A program made the translations under genes and the position numbers. 19,264 nucleotides of DNA from Candidatus Dadabacteria bacterium (GTDB lineage: Bacteria; Desulfobacterota_D; UBA1144; Nemesobacterales; CSP1-2): contig PSLL01000005.1 of assembly GCA_040289575.1 (NCBI GenBank), positions 114,306-133,569 of the forward strand. The letters run 5' to 3'. Below the pieces are notes generated by a model. It ran no database searches. It was not told the DNA's origin and was given only the letters and a program-made list of their open reading frames with translations. How positions within the stretch are numbered: the stretch's first letter is position 1; each line of letters starts with the position of its first letter. Below, piece after piece: positions 8,300 through 17,330 of this stretch.

Positions 8300-9108
8300 C
8301 TAATAAATCCATACCGCCGCATAGCCGACAACGCGGTTGTAATCTCTGCTCACATCCCCTGATGTAGCGTGTTTTAAGAGTTCAGCTTTCTTAGCCCCTA
8401 GCTCTCGACATGCGACAAGCATAACGGCCGTAGGAACTGCGCCGCACATTGAGATGTTGTATCTTGATGTCACATCAAGAAGCCCTTTGGGGTCAAATGA
8501 AAGTACCCTTTCTATTACCATCATGTCTTTTTTTCGGTAGTCTTTTGGTTCTCATAGTGGTTTAAATCTGAGCTTGATATTATTAGAACCTCTTTTCCTG
8601 AGTCCTTGATTGAATCTGAGATTGCTCTTCCTAAGTTTTCGCACTCTCCGTATGTGAGGCGCATAAGCGTAATAGGAACTATTTGGAAATCGCTTTTTAG
8701 ATACTGAAGGAAGGGGATTTGAACCTCAAGCGAGTGTTCAAAGAGATGAGCCTCGACGTCCCTCTTTACGGATTTATTCTTTGACTCAATAAGAGAGCAA
8801 AGCTCGGAATCAACCTTTACTTCGCCAAGAGGTGTTTCCCAGTGTCCGTCGGGGAAAATAGAGATTTTCCCTCCATACCCTGTGTGGTTGGGAGAGAGAA
8901 TAATGATTCTCTTGGGTATGTTTATTCTCGAATAAAGCTCCCCTGCAACGTGACCTGAGTACATATATGCTGCATGCGGACAGATTGCCCCCAGGATTTT
9001 TTTCTTCTCTTTATCGTGTGGAGATTTTACTAAACTGCTGATCTCTTGTTTTAATTCTGAAGAGTTTTCTCCATAGAATCTACCCGCAAAGGCCGGTTTT
9101 CTCGTCAA
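8300..9108 (-). CDS. amrB: Memo-like protein / AmmeMemoRadiSam system protein B, split into two frames at 8521-8535
   Basis: First frame: RKPAFAGRFY, PHAAYMYSG, PNHTG, EHSLEVQIPFLQ, SSDLNHY. Second frame: ISMCG, TSGDVS, VVGYA. A -1 shift joins them into a ~269-aa protein. Probable TTG start at 9108. Confidence 0.85.
8527..8533 (-). other. Candidate -1 ribosomal frameshift heptamer A_AAA_AAG
   Basis: mRNA reads GAA AAA AAG ACA TGA. The -1 frame continues GAC ATG ATG GTA. Confidence 0.4.
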
Positions 9109-9198
9109 TATTCCTCTCACTCCTAACTGCCTTCTTTCACCAAATAATTTTAACATAGGTCTCTTTACTCTTTTTTATAATGTTGTATTTTTACTTAA

Positions 9199-10131
9199 AT
9201 GCGTCAGCGCGACCACGATAAATGCGGTTTTTCAAGAGGAGAATTAAAGGAAAAAAAGGCCCTCACGCTTGTGCTTTGTCTCACTGCGGGTTTCATGTTC
9301 GTAGAGGCTGCTTCTGGGTTTTTTACCGGAAGCCTTGCCCTGATTTCAGACGCCGCCCATATGCTTATAGATACCGTTTCTATTTCTCTTGCCCTTTTTG
9401 CAATCTGGTTTTCTCTAAGACCGCCGACTTCTCGAAAGACGTTTGGGTTTTACAGGGCTGAGATACTTGCTGCATTCTTAAATAGTCTAATTCTCTTTGT
9501 CATCTCCGTCGGAATATTTATAGAGGCATACAATAGGCTTAGGATTCCCAAAGAGAATATAAAAAGCCTTGAAATGAGCATGGTTGCCCTTATTGGACTC
9601 GGTGTTAACTTTCTTGGAGTTTATATACTTTCAAGCGTCAAAAGCGATAAATTAAATATTCGCGGAGCGGTTCTTCACGTCATAAGCGATGCCATCGGTT
9701 CAGTTGGTGCTCTTGTTGCCGGTCTAATAATACTAAAGACCGGATGGTATTATGCCGATCCAATTGCAAGCATTTTAATTGCCGTCCTGATACTCGGAGG
9801 CGCATGGAAACTGATTAGCGAGTCCGTCCATATCCTCCTTGAGGGGACTCCGAAGGGAATAGATTTAAAGTCCCTAGAGAGCGCCATTGGCTCTCATAGT
9901 GGAGTTCTCGGCGTCCATGACCTTCATGCCTGGACCCTCACCCAGGGCTTTGAGGCTCTGAGTGCGCATCTGGTTATTGAAGATATAAAACAAGGCGAGA
10001 GTCTTGTTGAAGAGATAAAAAACCATCTTCATGATGAATTCCATATCAGTCACGTAACCCTTCAGGTAGAGACCAGAAAATGCGAGCCTGGAGATATAAA
10101 CTGCTATGAGACTAAAGTACAGCCTTTCTAA
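9199..10131 (+). CDS. czcD: Cation diffusion facilitator (CzcD/ZitB-like Zn/Co/Cd efflux transporter)
   Basis: SLALISDAAHMLID, TFGFYRAEILAA, NIRGAVLHVISD, VHDLHAW, HVTLQVE. Confidence 0.9.
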   Translation: MRQRDHDKCGFSRGELKEKKALTLVLCLTAGFMFVEAASGFFTGSLALISDAAHMLIDTVSISLALFAIWFSLRPPTSRKTFGFYRAEILAAFLNSLILFVISVGIFIEAYNRLRIPKENIKSLEMSMVALIGLGVNFLGVYILSSVKSDKLNIRGAVLHVISDAIGSVGALVAGLIILKTGWYYADPIASILIAVLILGGAWKLISESVHILLEGTPKGIDLKSLESAIGSHSGVLGVHDLHAWTLTQGFEALSAHLVIEDIKQGESLVEEIKNHLHDEFHISHVTLQVETRKCEPGDINCYETKVQPF

Positions 10132-10145
10132 TTTTTAAAACGTAA

Positions 10146-11384
10146 CTAGGACTTGTATTTTTGGATAAGCTCTTTTGCGTATTTTTTCATATCTTCGGAT
10201 ATGTTTTTAAGCTCCGGCTTGGATTGTATATATTTATCTAAGGCATCGAGGATATCCATGGTTTTTGGAAACTCCGTCTTTCCAGCCGTCTTATTTTGCC
10301 TCTCAAATGTCTTTTCTATCTTTACCGAGTAGGCCCAGCTCAGGGCTTCTCTAATCCTCTTATCATCAATTTCCTCTTCAGGTTTTGATACCTTATACCT
10401 TATCCTTACGACCGCATCCCGGACGTCTTCTCTTTTAATCCTATCTAAAATTGCCTTGTCTATATCCCCGTCCTTTTCCGTAGCCTCTATTGTAAGAAAC
10501 CTTCTTGCCGGGGTTTCCCTGAATTCAAAACGGCACTCCCATCCATCCGCGCCCTTGAATAACTCACCTATAACGAACCCCTTTTTTTCCTTTTCTTCTG
10601 TGAAATCTATACGTTCTATGCTTCCCGAATAGACAATCGGGGGCCTATAGCCTTCATTTAAATCCTGAAATCTGTGGACGTGTCCAAGGGCTACATAGCT
10701 GAATGCTGGATTTGCAAGCTCCCCCCTTGGAACTGTAGGCTCCAGGCTAAGGAACGTCGTCATCTCGGTTCCTGAGAGCTTTGCATCCCTCAGCGCGATA
10801 TGACCAAGGAATATGGCGGGAGACGAACGATCCAATTCCTCAGCCAGGCCCCGAATTATGCCAATTATCCTCTTTTCTATCTCTATCTTAAGTGCTTCGG
10901 AGGATAGGGGTTTATACTCTTCTTTTGTGAGTAGAACGCTTCTGCCCACCCAAGGGAGGCATGCAATCTGAACAGGGCCGTTTTTAGTTATTATGTGAAA
11001 AATTATGGGTTTTCTTGAGATGAATACACCATTCAGATTAAGTGCGGGGAATATTTCGACCGCGGCGGCTCTTCCAAAACTTGAGGGATAATCGTGGTTG
11101 CCAAGTGCTATTACGACCTTTGCCTGTTCCTCTCCAACGAGTTTTGCTATACGCTTTGCAAACTCTGTTTCTTCTGTAGGATGAGGGTTCTCTCTATGGA
11201 AAACGTCTCCGGCAATGAGAACTAAATCTACCGACTCACGTATGGCAGTATCAAAGACCGAGTCTAAGGAGCGGAGCACATCTTCGAGCCTTGTGTTTCT
11301 CCCGGTTATTGAATTGGTCTTTCCGTGAGTCTCAACTCCAATATGTATATCGGAGAGGTGTATGAATTTAATCGCGCTTTTCAA
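10146..11384 (-). CDS. sbcD: SbcD/Mre11-family metallophosphoesterase nuclease subunit
   Basis: HLSDIHIG, IAGDVFH, GNHD, YVALGHVH, YSGSIERIDFTE. Start uncertain (TTG at 11384 or 11414). Confidence 0.88.
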   Translation of the reverse strand: MKSAIKFIHLSDIHIGVETHGKTNSITGRNTRLEDVLRSLDSVFDTAIRESVDLVLIAGDVFHRENPHPTEETEFAKRIAKLVGEEQAKVVIALGNHDYPSSFGRAAAVEIFPALNLNGVFISRKPIIFHIITKNGPVQIACLPWVGRSVLLTKEEYKPLSSEALKIEIEKRIIGIIRGLAEELDRSSPAIFLGHIALRDAKLSGTEMTTFLSLEPTVPRGELANPAFSYVALGHVHRFQDLNEGYRPPIVYSGSIERIDFTEEKEKKGFVIGELFKGADGWECRFEFRETPARRFLTIEATEKDGDIDKAILDRIKREDVRDAVVRIRYKVSKPEEEIDDKRIREALSWAYSVKIEKTFERQNKTAGKTEFPKTMDILDALDKYIQSKPELKNISEDMKKYAKELIQKYKS

Positions 11385-11458
11385 TTCCTTACGCCTTGGA
11401 ATCTTATAGGGCAAACCCCTGTGTTATTTCGAGCCGCATTACCATTACCCCCTCTGCT

Positions 11459-12598
11459 CTATTCCGTTCCCAAAATCTCCGATGCCATTTTTGCTCCCGC
11501 GCCGAAATCGAATTTATATCCAAGGTCTCTGAGGACGCATTCAATGGCGGATATAACGGCTATAATATCGGCTCTATCAATGAACCCCATATGAGATATT
11601 CTAAAGATTTTTCCCTTTGCCTGATCCTGGCCTCCGGCAACGGTCATTGCAAATTTGTCTCTAAGTCCGCTTATAATCTTCCCCGCATTTATCTCCTGAG
11701 GCGCAACTGCCGCCGTAAGAGCGGTGCTGGGCGAGTGTTTGGCGTAGAGATCAAGCCCCATCGCCTTTATCCCTTCTCTTGTTGCCCGAGCGAGCCTTGC
11801 ATGGCGCATGTATATCCTTTCAAGCCCTTCATTTTTAAGATTCCTGAGAACCGCGGCGAGTCCTATAACAAGTGTCACAGCAGGAGTCCAGGGGACGGTA
11901 TTGTCTTTTGCGTCTTTGAGATACCTTTTGAAATCAAAATAGAACCTTGGAAGGTTCGATTTTTCTCTGAATTTCCATGCCTTCTCACTCATTGCGGCAA
12001 ATGCAAGCCCCGGAGGGAGCATAAACGCCTTTTGAGAGCCTGCAACAAGGACATCTATTCCCCATTCGTCGAACGGCAGCGGGAATACGCCGACTGCTGT
12101 AATTCCGTCAACAATAAGGACAACATCGTCTCTTTGTCTTGTAATCTCGGCAATCTCTTTCGTTGGATGCATGACACCTGTTGACGTTTCACTTGCCTGC
12201 ATAAGAACCGCACGTATTGAGGAGTCTTTTTTCAGCGCGTCTTTAATCTGTTGAGGATCAACAGCTTCACCCCACTCGACCTTTATTTCATACACATCAA
12301 CGCCAAAGGCCTGGCAGATCTTCCCCCACCTTTCGCCGAACTTTCCTCCGTTTACAACAACCACCTTATCCCCGCGGGAAAGCGTATTTGACACCGCTCC
12401 TTCCATCGCCCCCGTACCCGAAGAGGCAAGGACAAAGACCTCTTCTTTTGTCTGGAATATGTATTTTAGTCCTTCTCTTACCTCGGCAAATAGTTTTTCA
12501 AACTCAGCGGTTCTATGATGGATTATCGGTCTTGCCATCTCAAGGAGTATCTCCTCGGGAACTGGAACAGGACCGGGTGTAAAGAGATACTTTTTCAC
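11459..12598 (-). CDS. Class V PLP-dependent aminotransferase (serine-pyruvate/alanine-glyoxylate family)
   Basis: LFTPGPVPVP, IHHR, SSGTGAMEG, ETSTGV, VDGIT, PLP-lysine motif GSQKAFMLPPG, FRISHMG. AAGGAG SD before GTG. Confidence 0.9.
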   Translation of the reverse strand: MKKYLFTPGPVPVPEEILLEMARPIIHHRTAEFEKLFAEVREGLKYIFQTKEEVFVLASSGTGAMEGAVSNTLSRGDKVVVVNGGKFGERWGKICQAFGVDVYEIKVEWGEAVDPQQIKDALKKDSSIRAVLMQASETSTGVMHPTKEIAEITRQRDDVVLIVDGITAVGVFPLPFDEWGIDVLVAGSQKAFMLPPGLAFAAMSEKAWKFREKSNLPRFYFDFKRYLKDAKDNTVPWTPAVTLVIGLAAVLRNLKNEGLERIYMRHARLARATREGIKAMGLDLYAKHSPSTALTAAVAPQEINAGKIISGLRDKFAMTVAGGQDQAKGKIFRISHMGFIDRADIIAVISAIECVLRDLGYKFDFGAGAKMASEILGTE

Positions 12599-12670
12599 TT
12601 TAAGGTTCTCCTTATATTTTCTGAAAAATTTACCCTAAATTGGGGATAATTCAACCGATGGAAGCCGGCA

Positions 12671-13162
12671 TCAATTACTATTGAGTGAAGGCTCGTCTCT
12701 TAATTCATCAACATCGTCAGGATGGGGGGGGAATAGCTCATTTAACTTTTCTCCGATTATCTCTATACCCAGACAAATTCCACGACAGAATTGACCGCGG
12801 GCCAGTTCGCCCTTTATTCCCTCTTTAACTTGATGCCAGAACTCAGGAGAGACTTTGTTGTGAATTCCGCTGTCTCCTATAACTGCCAGCTTTCTATCAC
12901 CGACAGCGATATATATCAAAACCCCATTCTTTTCCTTTGTGTTTGCCATTCCCAGCTTCTCGAAAACCTCCCTTGCCCTTTTTAAAGGCTCGGTTGGGCA
13001 GCGGTATTCTATGTGAACGCGGATTTCACCGGAGCTTTTACTTTCGGCATTCTTTATAGCCTGTACGATCCGTTCCCTTTCCTCACCGCTGATGAGTTTG
13101 TCGAGCTTATGGGCAAAAAGCCCTTTCTTAGCCCTTATATGCCAGGCTTCTTTTTTCTCCAT
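12671..13162 (-). CDS. TPM-domain protein
   Basis: AESKSSGEIRVHIE, NGVLIYIA, VIGDSGI, DELRDE. True start ATG 13162 with AAGGAG SD. The ORF-track extension overlaps the Gly-rich tail of the upstream gene. Confidence 0.85.
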   Translation of the reverse strand: MEKKEAWHIRAKKGLFAHKLDKLISGEERERIVQAIKNAESKSSGEIRVHIEYRCPTEPLKRAREVFEKLGMANTKEKNGVLIYIAVGDRKLAVIGDSGIHNKVSPEFWHQVKEGIKGELARGQFCRGICLGIEIIGEKLNELFPPHPDDVDELRDEPSLNSN

Positions 13163-13178
13163 GACAATTTCTCCTTGT

Positions 13179-13937
13179 TCACCATCCTCCGCTTGCACCG
13201 CCTCCGCCGAAGCTACCTCCGCCTCCCGAAAATCCTCCGCCAGAGCTTCTCCCGCCCCATGAGCCTCCGCCATAGCCCCATCCTCCTCCTGGAAATCTAC
13301 TGCCATAGTCCCATCCGCTCGGCCCAAATGTGTAATAACGGTGACGCCTCTCTCCCCATATAATAAAAATGAGCGTAAAGATTATTATGCCCCAGAAGAT
13401 AATATCGAATTGACCGATTGACCGATTGCCTACACTCGGCTCAGCTTTATACTCGCCTCTTGTCGCCTCAATTATCCTCCGAATCCCGGCTTCAATACCG
13501 CCATAATAATCCCCCTGTCGGAAACGCGGGGCAATGTCGTTTCTGATGATTCTGCTTGATATGGCGTCTGTAAGCGTCCCTTCGAGGCCATATCCTACCT
13601 CTATTCTCAACCCGTGGTCATCTAGGAAGATGAGTAGAATAACGCCATTGTCCTTTCGAGTGCCTATCTTCCATTTTTCAGCGAGACGTATAGAGAAATC
13701 CTCTAAACTCTCTCCTTCAAGGCTTTTGAAGATTGCAACCGCTATCTGATTTGTCGTTTCATCCTCGTACCTTTTCAACTCGGCGTCAAGACCGGCAATC
13801 TGATCATCTGTGAGAAGGCTCGCATAATCGCTTACCCTTCCTTTTGGTTTTTCCGGGACCTCGAGGGAAAAAGCCGCCTGTGCCATTAAGGTTAAGCCGA
13901 CCAGAAAAGCGAAGCGGAATATGCGCTTGGATGTCAT
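13179..13937 (-). CDS. TPM-domain membrane protein (YgcG family) with Gly-rich tail
   Basis: Signal peptide, GRVSDYA, DNGVILLI, RIEVGYGLEGTLTD, one TM helix, C-terminal FSGGGGSFGGGGASGGW. Confidence 0.9.
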   Translation of the reverse strand: MTSKRIFRFAFLVGLTLMAQAAFSLEVPEKPKGRVSDYASLLTDDQIAGLDAELKRYEDETTNQIAVAIFKSLEGESLEDFSIRLAEKWKIGTRKDNGVILLIFLDDHGLRIEVGYGLEGTLTDAISSRIIRNDIAPRFRQGDYYGGIEAGIRRIIEATRGEYKAEPSVGNRSIGQFDIIFWGIIIFTLIFIIWGERRHRYYTFGPSGWDYGSRFPGGGWGYGGGSWGGRSSGGGFSGGGGSFGGGGASGGW

Positions 13938-13998
13938 TTTGATACAGCATTGATAAATTGTACTAATTAGCCATAAGTAACACGGATTCCTGAATAAA

Positions 13999-14026
13999 GT
14001 AGGGGCACGCTGCAGCGTGCCCCTAC
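13999..14026. repeat. Perfect 28-bp GTAG-type REP palindrome
   Basis: GTAGGGGCACGCTGCAGCGTGCCCCTAC is self-complementary with GTAG...CTAC ends, 14 nt past the lemA stop. Confidence 0.85.
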
Positions 14027-14040
14027 CTTTTATTTATATT

Positions 14041-14637
14041 TTATTGAAATTTAACCCGGGGAGCCGTTTGAGCCTCCGTTTGGGCCTCAAAATAGGGTCT
14101 TGGACTAAATCCGGAGAATCCCGCAACTATACTATTTGGGAATGTTCTAATAAGGGTGTTGTAAGCCTGGGCGGCTTCATTAAATCTGCGCCTCTCAACT
14201 GCGATGCGGTTTTCTGTCCCCTCAAGCTGACTCTGGAGTTCGAGGAAGTTTTCATTTGATTTTAGCTGCGGATAATTTTCGGATACGGCAAGCAGTCGGC
14301 TGAGCGCGCTCCCAAGCTGGCCCTGTGCCTGCTGGAACTGTTTGAACCTTTCGGGATCGTTTAAAATGTCTCCCGAGACCTGAATCTGTCCGACCTTTGC
14401 ACGCGCCTCTGTAACAGCTATAAAGGTCTCGCGCTCCTGTTTCGCATAGCCTTTAACGGTTTCAACTAGGTTTGGTATCAGGTCGTAGCGCCTCTGATAG
14501 ACATTTTGTACCTGAGCCCATGCCTGATTGATGTTTTCCTGGCTGGCGACGAGCTTATTTCTAACACCCATCATCCATCCTCCCAGGACCAGAACGATTA
14601 CAACCAGGACTCCTAGGGTTATAAGCGCGCCTCTCAT
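14041..14637 (-). CDS. lemA: LemA family protein
   Basis: N-terminal TM helix, YQRRYDLIPNLVETVKGYA, ENYPQLKSNENFLELQSQLEGTENRIAVERRRFN. GGAGGAG SD. Confidence 0.95.
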   Translation of the reverse strand: MRGALITLGVLVVIVLVLGGWMMGVRNKLVASQENINQAWAQVQNVYQRRYDLIPNLVETVKGYAKQERETFIAVTEARAKVGQIQVSGDILNDPERFKQFQQAQGQLGSALSRLLAVSENYPQLKSNENFLELQSQLEGTENRIAVERRRFNEAAQAYNTLIRTFPNSIVAGFSGFSPRPYFEAQTEAQTAPRVKFQ

Positions 14638-14670
14638 AAGTCTCCTCCCTAATTTGAATTAATTCAATTT

Positions 14671-14699
14671 AAAGTAGCCACTTACATTATCTTTGTCAA
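14671..14699 (-). promoter_or_regulatory. Putative sigma70 promoter for the lemA operon
   Basis: Minus strand TTGACA-N17-TACTTT. Confidence 0.55.
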
Positions 14700-14708
14700 A
14701 CGGGGAGT

Positions 14709-14737
14709 TTGTGAATAGGTTCTCTATTATTTATAAT
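14709..14737 (+). promoter_or_regulatory. Putative sigma70 promoter for prfB
   Basis: TTGTGA-N17-TATAAT upstream of the GGAGG SD and ATG 14760. Confidence 0.45.
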
Positions 14738-14759
14738 TAATCTCGGAGGATTTAATTTA

Positions 14760-15891
14760 ATGTTTGTAGAGAATAGAGAAAAGGTTGAAGACCTGAAAAA
14801 GAGAATACAAATCTTAAGGGACTTTCTTTGACCTTCCTAAAAAGAAATCACTCCTGGAAGAATTAGAGAAAATTATAAGCGATTCGAACTTTTGGACCGA
14901 TTCTGAGAAGGCTCAGGAGGTGCTAAAGGAGCGTTCTAATATAAAAAACCTCGTTGACGGCTTGGAGAACCTGTCCCGTGAGATTGAGGACGCCGAGGTG
15001 CTGTCGGAACTTTCCTCCGAAGAGGGGGATGAGGAGACCGCAAAAGAGGCTCGGACAAAATTATCCGAAATTGAGGAGAAGATTGAAAGCCTCGAATTTA
15101 AGCGAATGCTGGGCGGAGAAGATGATGAAAAGAACGCGATAGTCTCAATTAACGCAGGGGCCGGTGGGACGGAGGCTCAGGATTGGGCTGAGATGCTCCT
15201 TAGGATGTATGTCAGGTATGCGGAGAGAAACGGATATGGAGTAGAAATGCTCGACTATCAGCCGGGGGAGGAGGCTGGAATAAAGAGCGCGACATTTTTT
15301 GTAAAGGGTCCTTATGCCTATGGGTATCTAAAATCGGAGAGCGGGGTTCATCGCCTTGTCCGTATCTCCCCGTTTGACGCGAATAAGAGAAGGCACACCT
15401 CGTTTGCCTCCGTTTTTGTTTCGCCTGAGATAGGCGAGGACATTCATGTAGAGATTGACGAGAAGGACTTGAGAATTGATACGTTCCGTGCGGGAGGCAA
15501 GGGCGGTCAGCACGTAAATAAAACCGACTCTGCTGTGAGAATTACGCATCTGCCGACCGGAATAGCCGTCAGTTGTCAAAATGAGCGCTCTCAACACCAA
15601 AACCGCGCCGTCGCAATGAAGGTGCTTCGCGCAAGGCTCTATGAGCTTGAAAAAGAGAAACAGCAGGAGAAATTGGAAGAACTCCACTCGACAAAGAAAG
15701 ACATATCATGGGGCAGCCAGATTCGCTCTTATGTGCTTCATCCTTATAGAATGGTTAAAGACCATAGAACCGGGTATGAAACTGGAAACGTCGAACCTGT
15801 TCTCGATGGTAATTTAGGTGGGTTTATAGAGGCCTATCTCCTTTATTTATCGAGAGAGAAGAGTGGTAAAAATGAATCTAGTGGGTCTTAG
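14760..15891 (+). CDS. prfB: Peptide chain release factor 2, with programmed +1 frameshift (~376 aa)
   Basis: ATG 14760 opens MFVENREKVEDLKKRIQILRDFL, ending CTT TGA C. The +1 frame (DLPKKKSLLEELEK...) is continuous with the 14920 ORF, which has the SPF and GGQ motifs. Confidence 0.96.
14817..14832 (+). other. RF2 autoregulatory +1 frameshift site
   Basis: AGGGAC TTT CTT TGA C, with TGA at 14829-14831. Confidence 0.93.
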
Positions 15892-16111
15892 TTTTAAAAT
15901 TTGACCACAGAGATCGCAGAGAAAAATGTAGAGGCGAACCTCATTTTTATTATGTCGGACAGAGAGGGACGCATCTGCATTTATTATTCTGCGTTTTATG
16001 AGTTGCCCCATATCATTTGATTCTTTAACCCGCCCACGTATATTTATACTCACGCTCCAAAGACCGAGAGAGGTCTAAGATGTAGCCGATTGATTAGGAG
16101 GCATAAGAGTC

Positions 16112-16981
16112 TTGAGAATCGGCATTATCGGCAAGACGCACAAGAAAGAGGCACTTGAGGTTACAAAGGAGCTCGCCAATTGGCTCCAAAAAAGGAACGC
16201 TGAGGTTTATGTAGATAAGGAGTTGGGTGTGGAAATCGGCAATGCAAGCCCTGTTGCGCGTGCTGAAATGCCCGAATTGGTGGATTTGATATTGGTTTTT
16301 GGCGGGGACGGAACCTTCCTCAGCGTCGCACGACTTGTTTGCAGATATAATATTCCGATCTTGGGAGTAAATCTTGGCGGTTTGGGTTTCCTTACAGAAA
16401 TCGCACTCGATGAACTCTATCCGATGATGGAGTACATTCTCTCTGGCAAGTATGAGGTTGAGAAAAGGGAGATGCTCTATGCGGCGATTCATAGGAAGTC
16501 CGACCGGATGGGGGATTATATTGTTCTTAACGATGTTGTGGTTAATAAGGGGGCGGTTGCGAGGATAATTGACCTTGCAATATATATAAACGGCTCTCAC
16601 GTGACTACGTTCAAAGCAGACGGAATAATTCTTTCGACTCCTACTGGCTCTACGGCATATTCACTTTCTGCCGGAGGACCCATTGTTTATCCGACGCTTC
16701 CTCTTACCATAATTACACCGATTTGTCCACATACGCTTACAGACCGGCCTCTTGTGGTTTCTAATGAGACAAAGGTCAGGGTTAAGGTGCTTACGGATAC
16801 GCCGGATATTTATCTCACGCTCGATGGACAGGTTGGGGTTAACCTGAGAATGGGAGATGTGATTGAGGTAGGAAAAGCCGATACGTCTGTAAGGCTGATT
16901 AAATCGCCTTTTAGGGATTATTTTACAATCTTAAAGACCAAGCTCATGTGGGGAGAGAGATATGGAGCGCTCCAGAGATGA
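16112..16981 (+). CDS. nadK: NAD(+) kinase
   Basis: GGDGT, GVNLGGLGFL, LNDVV, DGIILSTPTGSTAYSLSAGGP, PICPH. AGGAGG SD before TTG. Confidence 0.95.
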   Translation: MRIGIIGKTHKKEALEVTKELANWLQKRNAEVYVDKELGVEIGNASPVARAEMPELVDLILVFGGDGTFLSVARLVCRYNIPILGVNLGGLGFLTEIALDELYPMMEYILSGKYEVEKREMLYAAIHRKSDRMGDYIVLNDVVVNKGAVARIIDLAIYINGSHVTTFKADGIILSTPTGSTAYSLSAGGPIVYPTLPLTIITPICPHTLTDRPLVVSNETKVRVKVLTDTPDIYLTLDGQVGVNLRMGDVIEVGKADTSVRLIKSPFRDYFTILKTKLMWGERYGALQR

Positions 16982-17330
16982 ACAGTTTCTGCACGATTGG
17001 GTAATTGAGAAGATAAGGGAGAAATACTCAAGGCTCTACAAAGAAGTCCACACAAATCCTGGAGAAGAGGAGAGATTTGAGCTTAAGGGTCATTATCCCG
17101 ATGTGGTTTTTGTAAACTACGGTCAGATAGTACTTATAGCTGAGGTGGAAACCCAGGAGACCATTAACGAAGAGGAGGCCGAAGAATGGAAAGACTTGTC
17201 TAATCTCGGCGCGCAACTTGTCCTTGTGGTCCCAAAGGAGATGCAAAATGCGGCAAGGGAAATCTGCTGGAAAAAGGGGATTGCGGCTAAGATAAAGATC
17301 GGCTTTTTTGAGATTGTGCTAAGTATTTAG
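16962..17330 (+). CDS. Hypothetical protein, possible PD-(D/E)XK restriction-endonuclease-like fold
   Basis: 122 aa, overlaps the nadK end by 20 bp, SD-like GGGAGAG upstream. Motif YPDVVF...IAEVET followed by a helix and LVLVVP strand. Confidence 0.7.
   Translation: MERSRDEQFLHDWVIEKIREKYSRLYKEVHTNPGEEERFELKGHYPDVVFVNYGQIVLIAEVETQETINEEEAEEWKDLSNLGAQLVLVVPKEMQNAAREICWKKGIAAKIKIGFFEIVLSI

Noticed and set aside
11396..12184. 262-aa plus-strand ORF
   Set aside because: Antisense to the well-supported aminotransferase, Cys/Arg-rich and without recognisable motifs.
13163..13327. Acidic N-terminal extension of the second TPM protein
   Set aside because: Alternate-frame reading of the upstream gene's Gly-rich tail. 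A strong SD supports ATG 13162.
16061..16076. AGACC-GAGAGA-GGTCT hairpin upstream of nadK as an NAD riboswitch
   Set aside because: Only a 5-bp stem, with no recognisable aptamer consensus.
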